DNA from: an uncultured Phycisphaerales bacterium
Lineage (GTDB): Bacteria; Planctomycetota; Phycisphaerae; Tepidisphaerales; Tepidisphaeraceae
Assembly (NCBI GenBank): GCA_963844715.1
Contig: CAWJPJ010000008.1
Span: 864,001-928,000 of the forward strand
Length of the DNA: 64,000 bases
Reading direction: 5' to 3'
Both the position numbers and the translations under genes were made by a program. Below the pieces are notes generated by a model. It was not told where the DNA came from, did no database searches, and saw nothing but the letters and a program-made list of their open reading frames with translations. Below are positions 22,496 to 33,858 of this stretch, in pieces; position 1 is the stretch's first letter; every line of letters starts with the position of its first letter.

Positions 22496-23022
22496 TGAAA
22501 ACAAAGAACAAGGTTCTGGTCTCCGGCACGATCGATCCGGAGGTTTTTGAGTCCTTAACCCGCTACTGCCAGGCGCATCCGAACCGATCCCGCTCGCAGG
22601 TGATGAGTCTGGCGCTCAGCCAATTCTTCAGCCCCGAGCAGCAGGACCAGCGCCAGCGCGTGGTGGCCCAGAACCTGGACCGCCTTTACTGGCACGTTCA
22701 CAACCACTCCAAGCGGATGAGTCAGGAGTTGCGCGTGATTCGGGAAATGCTGGCGCTGTTTGTCCGCACGTTTTACAATCACATGCCCGATGTTCCGGAA
22801 GAGCATCGTGAAGCCGCCGCGGCGGATGGCCAACTCCGCTTTGCCCACTTTCTAGAGATTTTGGCGGAACATGCCGGATCAGGGCCTTCGGCCCTGGAAC
22901 TGATGCCGGAACCTGGGATCGCGGCACCAGAGGATCCGCCCGGCGGGGATGAGCTTCCACCCGAGCTCGACGAACTTCAAATAGGCGGGAAGAAAGAGGA
23001 ATCCGATGACCGCGACAAATAA
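22495..23022 (+). CDS. CopG/RHH-like protein between traG and trbB
   Basis: RSQVM..AL..FFSP, RE.LALFVR, G..RF..F.E; synteny as in Tn4371-type ICEs. Confidence 0.7.
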   Translation: MKTKNKVLVSGTIDPEVFESLTRYCQAHPNRSRSQVMSLALSQFFSPEQQDQRQRVVAQNLDRLYWHVHNHSKRMSQELRVIREMLALFVRTFYNHMPDVPEEHREAAAADGQLRFAHFLEILAEHAGSGPSALELMPEPGIAAPEDPPGGDELPPELDELQIGGKKEESDDRDK

Positions 23023-23960
23023 TCCATCAACAGATCGATGTGGAGACATGCTCCGTGCCGCCCTGGGATCAGCCATCCTTCAAGCCTTGGATGATCCGCG
23101 CGTGGTCGAAGTGATGGCCAACGCCGATGGGCAGGTGTGGATTGACCGAGCCGGTAAGGGTCGCTTGCGCATCGGCAGTATTGAAGCTTTTCGTGCCGAA
23201 TCGGTCATTCGTCTGGTGGCCGATCACGTCGGCGAAGCCGTTGGCCGGCACCGCCCCCTGCTCAGTGGGACGCTGCCCCACACCGGCCAGCGCTTCCAGG
23301 GTCAGTTGCCGCCGATTACCCAACGGCCCGTCTTCTGCATCCGCAAGCGGGCGGAACTGATCTTCACCTTGGACGATTATGTGCGACAGGGAATCATGGC
23401 CGCAACTCAAGCCCGGACGATCCGCGACGCCGCCGAGCGGCGGGACAACATCCTTATCGCCGGAGGCACCGGATCGGGCAAAACCACTCTGGCCAATGCC
23501 GTGTTGGCCGAGCCGACATTTTCCGAGGATCGGCTGGTGCTCATCGAAGATACCCGCGAATTGCAATGCAGTTCTCCCGATCGCGTGGAACTGCTGACCA
23601 AGCCGACTGATCCGCCGGTGACGATGGACGAGCTGGTGCGCTGCACTCCGCCTCCGCCCGGATCGGATTATCGTGGGCGAAGTGCGCGGGGGCGAGGCGC
23701 TAGCGTTGCTGAAGGCATGGAACACGGGACATCCGGGTGGACTGGCAACCCTTCACGCCAACAGCGCCGAAGATGCGCTATCCCGGCTGGAAGATTTGAT
23801 CGGAGAGGTCTCGCGTCACGTTCCGCGCAGGGCCATCGCTCGCACGATCGGAATAATCGTATTCATCCGTCGCACGCACGAGGGCCGGCGCATCGAGTCC
23901 ATCAGCAAAGTCACCGGATTCGATGGAAGCGAATACCGCATCGAAGCTATTGACAGTTGA
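23006..23960 (+). CDS. trbB: TrbB/VirB11 ATPase (frameshift near 23645)
   Basis: VEVMANADG, GGTGSGKTT, LIEDTREL, GEVRG.EA, AWNTGHPGG..TLHANS. Confidence 0.9.
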
Positions 23961-24142
23961 ATAATCACCAATGAAAACTTGCCCAGCGCCGCCGCGTCCG
24001 GCGGTAATATACTTTGGTGTTCGTACCGGAGGGCGCGGTGATTCAATTATGCGTGGCTTTCCTCATCGCGGTGCGAGTGGTTGTGCTGGAACGTCTCCTT
24101 TAAGTGGTCGATGACATGGAGAACGTAAATGCCGGTAATACG

Positions 24143-24371
24143 TTACCGTTGCGCCATCCGCTTCAGGAAATCCGCGGCGACGTCTATCTTCAGTTCGGCA
24201 GGCATGAGTTCTAAAACCGACGCTTGAATCTCTTCTGGCTGCTTAGCAATCCATTTCCATGAGCCGGCTGGTCACCGCCACCTGGGTCATGCCGAATTGG
24301 TTTGAAACCTTACTGAACTGCTGGCGAGCGGTTGGCAGGACATCAATGCGCATGATCACGCGATGGGCCAT
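24143..24371 (-). CDS. Small hypothetical, possibly RHH-like (frameshift near 24255; absent from the ORF track)
   Basis: GGAG RBS; MAHRVIMRIDV...GMTQVAVTSRLME/WIAKQPEEIQASVL...DVAADFLKRMAQR. Confidence 0.55.
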
Positions 24372-24452
24372 TGATTTCTCCGATTGTTTAGCGGCTGCAT
24401 GATAGTCCCTGCGTACGCCGCGGCAAATTTCCGACTTTAAAGGGATCCTCCA

Positions 24453-25278
24453 TCATTGGATTTGCGCGGTTACCTTAAGGGAAAGCGGGGGCAATCTAGG
24501 ATCATCGGTTGTTAAGACAGCTTGGCTGTCGAATCGCCCAAACTGGTTCAGAGGTCGGACGACGACTTGAACGTCAATCGTCCCAGTAGCCGGAATAGAA
24601 CTCGGCGGATCGGGGAGGCTTGTGCAGCCGCAGGATACATTTACCCCACGGACAGAGAGCTGCTGCCCATTGGGACTGCTCAAATGGAACAGCGCCGTCC
24701 ACGATCTGCCCGGCGGGATCGTCCCTAGGTTCGCAGCCCATTCGTATTTATTGACAGGCGTAGCGACGGCATCGGGACGAATCGCGGGCCCATGCGGTAT
24801 CGACACGTAGCGCGGAAGAGGACGTGGGGCGGCGAATATCAACGCGATTGTACCTAATACGATCGCAGTACCGGCCCCAAGGAAACGCCCGTGAAGATCT
24901 GCTCCCGATTGAAGGATCAAAACCGAGACAATCAAATAATCGAGTACAAAAGTCTTAACCGGTGAGATTTCCAGCGCCGAAACACCCGCATGAGGGTAGT
25001 CCCTGATGGAATTCAACCAGGGAGATGAAAGCAAAAACCGTGAAAAGAAGGATAGCGCTCCTTCTCGCCCACATGGCTGCAGCGCCGCTGGCCAGCCATA
25101 GGACCATGAGGACTTCAGCGCTGATTTGAGCGATGCGAGGCAGAGTCTCGCTCGAAAGTCGCCACATTTGATAAGCCTTGGCGGCGGCGGCAAAAAGAAG
25201 AATGAGCGCGATGAGGCGCGGAAACAACTGACGGCGTCGTGAATCAGCTCGGATTCGTTGTGCGGCGTCAAAAAGCAT
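24453..25278 (-). CDS. MauE/DoxX-like membrane domain fused to a DUF1573-like Ig domain (frameshift near 24970)
   Basis: TM helices with SCGCFG; C-terminal NLG.I..., SCGCT, IP..G...V.V, L.TDDP. Confidence 0.7.
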
Positions 25279-25284
25279 TTTGGA

Positions 25285-25935
25285 TTATGGTTGACCGTCA
25301 GGTCCCGTGGCGGGCAGGGGACCCATGAGAACGAGTTTCTCTCTTGCCCACTGAACCCACTGTGGGCGCGTGTCAACACAGACGAGCTTGCTCAGCAGCT
25401 CTCGAATCTTTGCGTCTTTGTCCCCTCGACGGAGGCGGGCCCGAGCGGCGTTGCCGACGAACTGCGGATTGTCCGGCTCGATCTTTAGGGCCTGGTCATA
25501 ATTGTCGATGGCATCGTCAAGTTTACCGGCGGCTTCAAGGGTAAGCCCCAGATTGCTTCTAGGCTCGGGTTGATACGGCATGAGTTTGGCTGCGTACTGG
25601 AACTCCCAAGCCGCTTGATACAAGTTGCCCACGTGAAGGTAGACGGTTCCGAGATTGTTGTGCGCCGGGCCGAAGGTTACGTCGGCGTCAAGCGCTTTGA
25701 CAAGAGTCGCCTGCGCCTCACTCCACTTGTTTTGATCGATGTCGCTAACCGCCTGGGCCGTCAGCTTGCGAGCCAGATCAGTATCTTTTTGGGGACCAAC
25801 AACGGATTCGTGAGGGGCGCCGGTCGCGCATCCTGCCAGGAGGATCGCCATTACAACCATGATCAGGAATGTTGTTGATAATCGTTGCGCCATAACATGG
25901 TTCACGAAAGGGTCATATTTTCCCGCCGGTTCCAC
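25285..25935 (-). CDS. TPR lipoprotein (PilF/pilotin-like)
   Basis: LAGC lipobox; AHNNLG and PRSNLG TPR repeats; end of T2SS operon. Confidence 0.75.
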   Translation of the reverse strand: MEPAGKYDPFVNHVMAQRLSTTFLIMVVMAILLAGCATGAPHESVVGPQKDTDLARKLTAQAVSDIDQNKWSEAQATLVKALDADVTFGPAHNNLGTVYLHVGNLYQAAWEFQYAAKLMPYQPEPRSNLGLTLEAAGKLDDAIDNYDQALKIEPDNPQFVGNAARARLRRGDKDAKIRELLSKLVCVDTRPQWVQWAREKLVLMGPLPATGPDGQP

Positions 25936-26455
25936 CCGGGCTTGTCATGGGGGAATAGATCATCGATGTGACGGTGATCTCCGCGCTCCACAAATCACCG
26001 GTCACCTGCTGCGGCGGGATGGAGAGGTGAATCGCTTTGATGCGCAAACCGCCGCGGTTATCGGATAAATTGCACAAAAGTTTGACCAACTGCGGCAGGG
26101 TAACTTCGCGTAATTGTACTGTCGTAGCCTGCTCCAGGTATGGCGATTCGGCCAGGCGCGTGGGCTGGTCCGGAGCGATGGAGGCGATGTCGTCTGGATT
26201 GATTCCCACGGATTCAGCCGACAACTGGACCCGCGCGGCAAGTTCTTCAATCGCTTTTTGACTGGTGTCCGCCATCGTCGGCTGGGTGCGGAGGGAGGTA
26301 ATTTGCGCTGCCAATTTGCGGCAGATTTGGGCGTCGCGAAGAGAATCCAATGCATCGCCTCTGGCACGTTCGTATGTGGCCCAGGCGAAAAGATTCGCGC
26401 CAAGCAGAATAGCCGCGGCCAGAGATAAGACAATTTTGAATTGCCGCTGATTCAT
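25913..26455 (-). CDS. T2SS GspM-like protein
   Basis: Single N-terminal TM, coiled coil, V.L..V.L.QL..LL ferredoxin-like tail; position after GspL. Confidence 0.6.
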   Translation of the reverse strand: MNQRQFKIVLSLAAAILLGANLFAWATYERARGDALDSLRDAQICRKLAAQITSLRTQPTMADTSQKAIEELAARVQLSAESVGINPDDIASIAPDQPTRLAESPYLEQATTVQLREVTLPQLVKLLCNLSDNRGGLRIKAIHLSIPPQQVTGDLWSAEITVTSMIYSPMTSPGGTGGKI

Positions 26456-27745
26456 CGGGCGCCCTCCGAGACGGCCGCTGAGATCGTGAAATTCACGTCT
26501 TCTCCCGGCGCCTGCTCCGTATGCGGCGGATCGACCCCCAGCGCAAGGCGCCGGCGCAGGGAAGTGGCGATTTGGTCCGCCGCGGCGTGATCGAGGGTCT
26601 GGCCCTCCAGGTAAAGTTGCTGAGGCTCCAGGCGCATCTCGACAACCCGGTAGCGCAAGCCCCGCGGCAACGCGGAAAGTACGTCGCGGAGCAGCGGCAG
26701 AACGGACTGAATCGCCTGCTGAGGAACCGAAGTATCGATATGACTGGCGGCGGCTAGGCGTCTTGCTTCGCTAACCAGACGCGACGTAATCGCGGCAGGG
26801 GGCGCGGTATTGGGCATGGCAATCAAATAGACCTGAACTTGCTGATCGTGCGCCGTCGACGCAAGGCGGTCATATTGAGCAGAGCGCCAGAAGAGGAAAA
26901 TTGTCAAACACAATACGAAGAACGCCGCGCCGCACGAAGCCGCGATCAGAGGAGTACGCACTCGGACGAGCGGCGTAGCGGTCGCGAGCGCTCCTTGGCG
27001 CAACTCAATCGACGGGATGTTTTGACCGTTCAAACATTTTGAAGCCGCCAGCGCGGCCATTTCCGACGGATTCGAGCAGGAATGCAATCGAAGGGCCAGA
27101 TCGGGTGGACGCAAATGCTCGGGTAGAGCGACGCCGATCGCGCGGAATGTCGCAACGCGCCCAGTTTCATGTAATGCATCTGTCGATCCAGGGCGTCCGC
27201 TTGAGGTGGCAAACATGTCCAGTCGCGGATCACGCTATTCTTCAAACAAACAAAATCGACATGGTTCTGTTGGAATATTAAAACAGCATCGGCATCTTCG
27301 CTGGCAAGGTATTGGGCGATAAGCAGCGCCGCCGGGCAAATGCTGGTGACGCTTATTCCGCGGGATTCCAGGGAATCGACGATTGCCGCAATCTTCTTCG
27401 TCTCGACGGCAACGCCCAAACAGACCTCAGCATCCTCGACGAAATCTGCGGTTAGTTCCTCGATTGCCAAAGGCAATTGTTCTTCGAGCCGAAACCCAAG
27501 AGCCGTTTCGCGCCCCCTACGGGGAAGACCCGCAGCACTTACCTTCGCCACAGGCAGTCCTCGGGAGGCAGAGCGAGCATGACCGCTTCATCTGTGAATT
27601 CAAGTTCTCGCAATTGCGATTCAATTTCGGCAATTGGCGCGTGCTCCTGACTCACCGTGACGGTGGCCAAGGTGACGGTCTCACCATCGATCCGCGCGAC
27701 CGACCAGTGTGTTAGCCCTGGGAAGATGACAAATTCTTTTTCCAT
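26452..27745 (-). CDS. T2SS GspL-like protein (frameshifted)
   Basis: LALP, F.LEEQLP..IEEL.ADF actin-like domain; IELRQG, TM, PilN-like L.LEG periplasmic domain. Confidence 0.7.
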
Positions 27746-28236
27746 CAGTTTGCAGCGTTCTGGTTTATTGTCTCCTTCACGACGGCCAGTTCCTGCGACT
27801 GGCCGTAGTAATCAACGCGAATACTTCCCTTTTCGATGTCGGTTATGCGCACCGCGCCAGCCAAGTCTCCCACGGCTTTAAGTTGAACAGAGCCGTCGGC
27901 AAGCTGGATCATCGCCCGCGAATAGCCCGGCTCAAAGATCGTCCCGGTGAGACGGATATCCAGAGGCGGGATCGCCTGCGCCAAGGGAGCGGGCGCCGGC
28001 GGCGCATCGTGAAGAGGTCGGCGCAAATCGAACTGCGCGAGCTTCTCCAGTTCGCGCGCATCGATGGGGCTCGTCGGGTTCGCCGTCGAGCCGGTTGCCG
28101 AGTTCCGGCGCAGGGCGGATTGGTCCACCGTCATGGGGAGCGGCACACAGGCGGCCCATGCGATTAGGACCACACCCCCGGCGGTGAATGCCACAGCCGC
28201 TGACCAGAGGATGTACTTAAGCCGTCTAATCCTCAC
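27745..28236 (-). CDS. T2SS GspC-like protein
   Basis: TM, Pro-rich linker, IRLTGTI.E...SRA.I, K.VGD HR-domain pattern. Confidence 0.6.
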   Translation of the reverse strand: MRIRRLKYILWSAAVAFTAGGVVLIAWAACVPLPMTVDQSALRRNSATGSTANPTSPIDARELEKLAQFDLRRPLHDAPPAPAPLAQAIPPLDIRLTGTIFEPGYSRAMIQLADGSVQLKAVGDLAGAVRITDIEKGSIRVDYYGQSQELAVVKETINQNAAN

Positions 28237-28246
28237 AAACAACACC

Positions 28247-29120
28247 TCACCACAAAAATTGATGCAATTGCCAGGCGCCATTTTCGCATTGGCCCACGAG
28301 CAGGGACCAGTCGCTTCGCCGCGCCGTGCGGCAGTTCACCCAGAGCGAATAGCAACTGGGGTGATCCGTCAGGACCGTCATCGCCGCGCTTTGTGTCTGG
28401 TCACTCAACTGCATTTGTTTAAAACAGTTCGCCAAAGTAATTCCGGGTTGCGCCGCTGGAGTTCGACAAGCTGATGGATTTGACCCAGATTCAAGATGCC
28501 CTGGCAAACTTCCTCCAGCACATCTTCGCTGGCTCGCTGAACGTTGACCCGCCCGTCGCCCCAGCAGGTTAGGATTTCGGCCGGAGCCGCGCTTGGGAAT
28601 CATCACAAAGCTGGGCGGGCTTGGAGTTTTCAAAGACATCCCCAAAGCTACGGGGCTGGGGGGGATTATTCGCATCGGGTTGCCAGCGAAAATACACGTT
28701 TCCCGCCAGGTCCGGGCTGGCCAAAGACAGCCGGCGGATCGTAAGCTCCGCTTCTTCCTTGCCCTGCTGCCTCAGAATCGTTCCCACGTTCGCCTTGGCC
28801 GATTCGTCGGAAAAGATGAGATGAAATCTCTGGCCGCCCATGTCGATCGCCGTGCGAAGAGACGAAACGGGCTGGCCGGTTTGGACCTCCCGGGCATGGA
28901 GCAGCGCTTCCGCTTTGGGGAGAAGAGTGACCTGGCAAGAGAGGGTTCCCCAATTGCGTTGAAGGTCCGCCTCCGCTTCGCCGGCAGCCTGGGCTTTTAA
29001 GATCGATGCGCGGGAGATCGCCACCATCGCCAAGGCCGCAATCATGAGGAGAACAAGAGTCACCAGGAGGACAAATCCTTGATGATGCTGTGAACCGCGA
29101 TGATACAAACGGTTTGTCAT
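28247..29120 (-). CDS. T2SS minor pseudopilin GspK-like (frameshifted)
   Basis: GFVLLVTL prepilin site lacking E5; DESAK.NV motif. Confidence 0.72.
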
Positions 29121-29681
29121 GGCAGACACACGATCTGGTCGATTTTGGATGCCGGGTCGTCGAAATTCACCTCCAGATGTACGCGACGACAGATAATGGG
29201 GACTCTTTTCGTGGACGTTGTTGACGATTCCAAAACTACAGGGCGAATCTCGCTCACATCGATCTTTTGGACTCCAAAAGCCACCAGATTTGTCGTTGGT
29301 TGGGGCAAAATGATCTCATCCAAATACTGCTGTCGCCGAACCAGACAATGCGCACCATCCGAGCCCGTGACTGAATAGGTAACCACGCTGGGCCGATCGA
29401 TCGGCCGGAGATTCGCATCAAGCGAATGGTCCGTTTGCAGGCTGAGGGATTGCCCGACCCCGCCGGAAAAAAAGCTGGCGCCTGCCAAGTCTTTGGAAAT
29501 TACCTGTACAATCTGCCGCGCGGTCGGCGCCGATACGGCCGTTCAAAGCAGCCAGACGAGATCGATCCCGCGCAATGGATGCGAAGACCGACAGCACGCC
29601 GCACATCAGGACCACGGCAATGGCCGATGCCACGGCGAGTTCCACGAGTGTGAAACCATTTCTATTTGCTGTCGCCTTCAA
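29117..29681 (-). CDS. T2SS minor pseudopilin GspJ-like (frameshift near 29490)
   Basis: RNGFTLVEL prepilin motif. Confidence 0.7.
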
Positions 29682-30121
29682 GGAATCTCCTTGGACGCGG
29701 GTGGCGCATCCACCACCACTTCAACCTTGGTCAGCGGTTGGGGCTTTAGGGCTAGACCACGGTCTTGTGCATCGAAGATTTCCAGTCTCATGATGCGAGC
29801 ATCCAATTCCGGGCAATTCCGCACAAAAATGGTTCGCCAGAGCAAATGTGCCTCCTTTAGTTCTCCGGTAGCGGGCCTCAGCGATGGCGCTGGACCACTC
29901 CACCAACTTGAGAGCAACGCGTCGGCCGCTTCGACGGCTGCCTGTTTTCGCTCGGCGCGCGACCACTGCTCAAGGTAGCGCGCTCGGGCGACGACGAGGG
30001 AAGCAAGTACGGTTCCCAGGATCGTCATGCCCGCGACGACTTCAATGAGCGTTCGCGCTCGCCTGCGTCTCAAGGCTCGGCGGCGCCAGCGAGCTAAAAA
30101 TGGACTCCAATTGCTTCTCAT
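29678..30121 (-). CDS. T2SS minor pseudopilin GspI-like
   Basis: Degenerate prepilin motif RA-RTLIEVV followed by TM. Confidence 0.6.
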   Translation of the reverse strand: MRSNWSPFLARWRRRALRRRRARTLIEVVAGMTILGTVLASLVVARARYLEQWSRAERKQAAVEAADALLSSWWSGPAPSLRPATGELKEAHLLWRTIFVRNCPELDARIMRLEIFDAQDRGLALKPQPLTKVEVVVDAPPASKEIP

Positions 30122-30570
30122 CGTCTGTCCAGAAAACTCGGCCGGAAAGGCCGGCAACCATCATCCAGCGATCGTCATCGCCATGCGGCAGGCGAATCGC
30201 ATAAGTCTGGCTAAATCCCTGCTGCGAGTAGGCGATATCCACTTGGCCGCTGTCCACCGCGGTTCCGTCGGGTGTGCGAAGTTTCAATTCCCATGCTTCC
30301 GGCAGGCGCGCCAAAACCGTCGCGCTGTCGGTGGATTGCTGCCAGAGGATTTCATTGTGATTGAGGTCAACGATCAAATGCTGAGTCGATCCGCTTTGCC
30401 GCGCAGGCCGAGCGCACTTGGGCGTCCGCAAAGGCCAGTTCTTTGCAGAGGGCGTCGAATTGGTGTTCCCGCGCGGTGGGAATGAGCGAAAGCACGCAGG
30501 CGGCGGCGAGTAATCCCATGATTGCCAATACCGCGCTCAATTCAATCAACGTGAAACCGGATTTTCTCAT
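30042..30570 (-). CDS. T2SS minor pseudopilin GspH-like (frameshift near 30400)
   Basis: MRKSGFTLIEL..VLAIMGLL. Confidence 0.7.
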
Positions 30571-30986
30571 GGCGCCGCCTTTGCCGTATCCGGCGCCGTG
30601 TCCAGATCGTCGCTGCTGATATTGTCCGCCCCCTCCTTGCCACTGGCCCCCAGACAGAGCACTTCGTACGGACCGTTGCGGCCAGGCGCGTTGTACTGAT
30701 ACGAATGCCCCCACGGATCGTTGTGAACCTGTTCGATGTATTTCGGAGCCAGTACCGCCAGCCCCTCATCGTTTGTCGGATAACGCCCGTTTTCTGCGTA
30801 GAAAGCTGCCAAGGCGCTCTTGAACGTACTCAAATCAGTGCGGGCGCGATTCTGCTTGGCTTTATCGAGGAAATGCCGCGTGCTCAGCGTCACCGCGCCG
30901 GCCAAAAGGCCGATGATCACGATGACGATCATGATCTCGATGAAGGTGAAAGCTCTTCGACCGATTATGCGATTAGCCGAGTACAT
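30567..30986 (-). CDS. gspG: T2SS major pseudopilin GspG
   Basis: AFTFIEIMIVIVIIGLLA, GRYPT.DEGL..L, DPWG..Y.Y..PG. Confidence 0.92.
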   Translation of the reverse strand: MYSANRIIGRRAFTFIEIMIVIVIIGLLAGAVTLSTRHFLDKAKQNRARTDLSTFKSALAAFYAENGRYPTNDEGLAVLAPKYIEQVHNDPWGHSYQYNAPGRNGPYEVLCLGASGKEGADNISSDDLDTAPDTAKAAP

Positions 30987-32178
30987 CGCCGGCCTCCAAA
31001 ATAGGGAGCATGGTCGCCAGGGCGATCGTCGCGACGATAGTGGCGAGCAAAAGAATCAAGACCGGCTCCAAAACGGAAGTGAGGCGTTGCGCCGCCGCCG
31101 CCACCTGATCGTCGTAATCTCTGGCCAGTCGTCCCAGCATCTCCTCCAGCCGGCCGGATTCCTGGCCAACGGAAAAGACCTGTACGACGAGTGGCGGGAA
31201 CGCCGCGGAGGCCCGCAGAGCGGGAGCGATGTCTCGGCCGGCCGAAACTGCCGCCTCGCATCGCGCCAGCGCGTCCTGGAGTACGACATTGCGGGTGCTC
31301 TTTCGAGCGACCTGTATCGCCCGCACAAAAACCACGCCGCTTTGGAGGAGGGTTTCCATGACCACAGCGATGCGGACCACCGCCGCCTTTTGGGCCAGGG
31401 TTCCGACCAATGGAAGACGCAAGATAAGAAAATCCCATCCCCATCTGCCCCTCCGAGTTTGCAGGAGGAATGTCCACATAACGGCCGCGGCGACGGCAAT
31501 CAAACCGACCAGCCATCCCCGACTCACCAGGAAATCACTCGCGCCCTTGACGATCCGCGTGGGTAATGGCAAGGGCCGCCCCTCATCGAGGAGCGGTTGC
31601 AGGATCGAAGGGACGACGTAGGTCATTAAAAAGATGCTCACGGCGACGGCGGTCAGGAGAACGATGCAGGGATACAACAAAGCCGTGCCGAGTTTGCCAC
31701 GGAGTTGCTCGCGGCGCTCCCGGAACTTCGCCAGACGATCCAGGGCAACATCCAATGTTCCGGTGTCTTCGCCTACTTCCACGAGATTCAGGGATAGCTC
31801 ATCAAAAATCGCCGGTTGACTGGCCATGGCCGCCGCCAAACTGCTGCCAGCCGATACGCGATCGCGCACAAGCAGTATGCTCGACCGAAATGAGCCGCGG
31901 TATTGGTTGGCGATGGTTTGAAGGGCTTCGGTCAACGGCGCTCCAACTCCCAACAACGTCGAGAGTTCCCTGGCGAAGGAAGTGACTTTGTGACTTTCGC
32001 GATTGCGTCCTGCAAATCGGCGGACTTTGGCCGTGCGAACAGGGGAGAGGCGTTCAATGGTCAATCCGCGTTGGCGGAGAATGTCCCGCGCCTGCCTTGG
32101 CGTGTCGGCGGAGAGCGTACCGCTCAGATTGCCAGAAACGGTTGAGGGGTCAAAAGCTTTGTAGGCAAACACGGCCAC
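30973..32178 (-). CDS. gspF: T2SS inner membrane platform GspF
   Basis: F.Y.A, F.RELSTLL..G.PL, VGE.TG.L, LYP, GQESGRL..ML, LEP. Confidence 0.93.
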   Translation of the reverse strand: MAVFAYKAFDPSTVSGNLSGTLSADTPRQARDILRQRGLTIERLSPVRTAKVRRFAGRNRESHKVTSFARELSTLLGVGAPLTEALQTIANQYRGSFRSSILLVRDRVSAGSSLAAAMASQPAIFDELSLNLVEVGEDTGTLDVALDRLAKFRERREQLRGKLGTALLYPCIVLLTAVAVSIFLMTYVVPSILQPLLDEGRPLPLPTRIVKGASDFLVSRGWLVGLIAVAAAVMWTFLLQTRRGRWGWDFLILRLPLVGTLAQKAAVVRIAVVMETLLQSGVVFVRAIQVARKSTRNVVLQDALARCEAAVSAGRDIAPALRASAAFPPLVVQVFSVGQESGRLEEMLGRLARDYDDQVAAAAQRLTSVLEPVLILLLATIVATIALATMLPILEAGDVLG

Positions 32179-32188
32179 GTTTATTTCT

Positions 32189-33847
32189 CTAGATGTCGAG
32201 GGCCTGACTGTCAGTTGTGCGCATCGTTACGCGTTCCACTTCGTCGATCGTTGTGACGCCAGCCACAATTTTGCCGATACCATCGTCGCGGAAGCTGCGC
32301 ATGCCCGAGGATTGTGCTGCGGCTTTAAGCTCGCTCGCCGCGGCGCGATTCTGAATCTGCCGGCGAATCGATTCATCGACCATCATTAGCTCAAAAATAC
32401 CGACGCGCCCGCGATAGCCTGTATCTCGGCATTTGCCACATCCCTTGCCTCCGCGAAGCTCGACGCTTTCGTCCTCGGAGTTGAGCCAAGCTGTTTCGTC
32501 CGGTGCGGGACAATGCGACTCCGAGCAAGCGGGACAAATCCGTCGCACCAGTCGTTGGGCTAATACTCCGGCGACAGAACTTGCGACCAGATACGGTTCC
32601 ACGCCCAAATCCAATAGTCGCATGACGGCACTGGCGGCGTCATTCGTATGTAGTGTCGAAAAGACCAGGTGACCCGTCAGCGCCGATTGGATTGCCATGG
32701 AGGCCGTTTCGCGATCGCGGATCTCGCCGACCATGATGATATCCGGGTCCTGCGCAGTACGCTCCGCAGGCCGGAAGCAAAGGTCATCCCCTTCTTGTCA
32801 GTAACCTGGGTTTGGCTGATCCCTTCAAGTTGATACTCGATCGGATCTTCCAGCGTCAGCACGTTGTGCCGCCGGAAATCCATTTCCTTAAGGGCCGCGT
32901 ACAACGTCGTCGTTTTGCCTGAACCTGTCGGGCCGGTGACCAATACTAGTCCATGATCCAGCCCAATCAGTTGCCGAAAGCGCGACAGGGTTGAACCGCC
33001 CATGCCGAGTTCGCCCAACTGGTACAGGCGAGTCGCTCTTGTCCAGTAATCGGATGACCACGCGCTCACCATGACTTGTGGGAAGTGACGCAAGGCGCAG
33101 GTCAATGGCGCGATCCCCAACTTGTGCGGTCGCCCGTCCGTCCTGGGCAAGCCGCTTCTCGGCGATGTTCATGCGCCCCATCACTTTTAGGCGCCCGACT
33201 ACTTCCTCCTGAAGGTGCTTGGGAAGCTCAAAGGCGTCAAACAGTACGCCATCGAGACGAAGGCGAACGGCCAGCGTCGTCTCAGTGGGCTGGATGTGAA
33301 CATCCGATGCGCCGCTTTGGACGGCCTCAAAAAGTATCAGGTTCACAAGTTTCACGACCGGAGCGCGTCCGCCGCTGTCCAATAAATCTTCCCGGCCGGT
33401 CAGTTGCTCCAGTTCCTGAAGCACGCTGGCCCGATCCAGATGCTCGATCATTTGCCGGGCTTGCCCGCTGCGCTCTTGATAAGCCAAGTTGATTGCTGAT
33501 TGAACCGCAGGGGAGGTGCAAATATCGGCGTTACATCGCGGCCGAGAAAGCGGGCGATGATATCGATCTGTTGCCAGCAATCGACATTGCTGATCGCTAG
33601 GACAAATGATTCGTCGGGTCCGACCAGTCCCATCAGGCCATGCTGTGCGCGCGAAGGCGATCGGTATGCGGCCGACGAACTCCGCGGACGTTGGGAATTC
33701 AGAAAGGCTCTCCAGATACCGCACACCCAGTTCTGAGGCGGTAGTTTTCAGATCTGGACGCGCCAGTGGTTCCGCCGGTGCCCCCAGTTCCAAGTGAATC
33801 GGGCGATGCTTTGAGGCTTTGGAACTCAATCGTTCCACGATCGACAT
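32189..33847 (-). CDS. gspE: T2SS ATPase GspE (frameshifted)
   Basis: [61 protein letters not shown], tetra-Cys motif. Confidence 0.93.
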
Positions 33848-33858
33848 AATCGCCCCTC

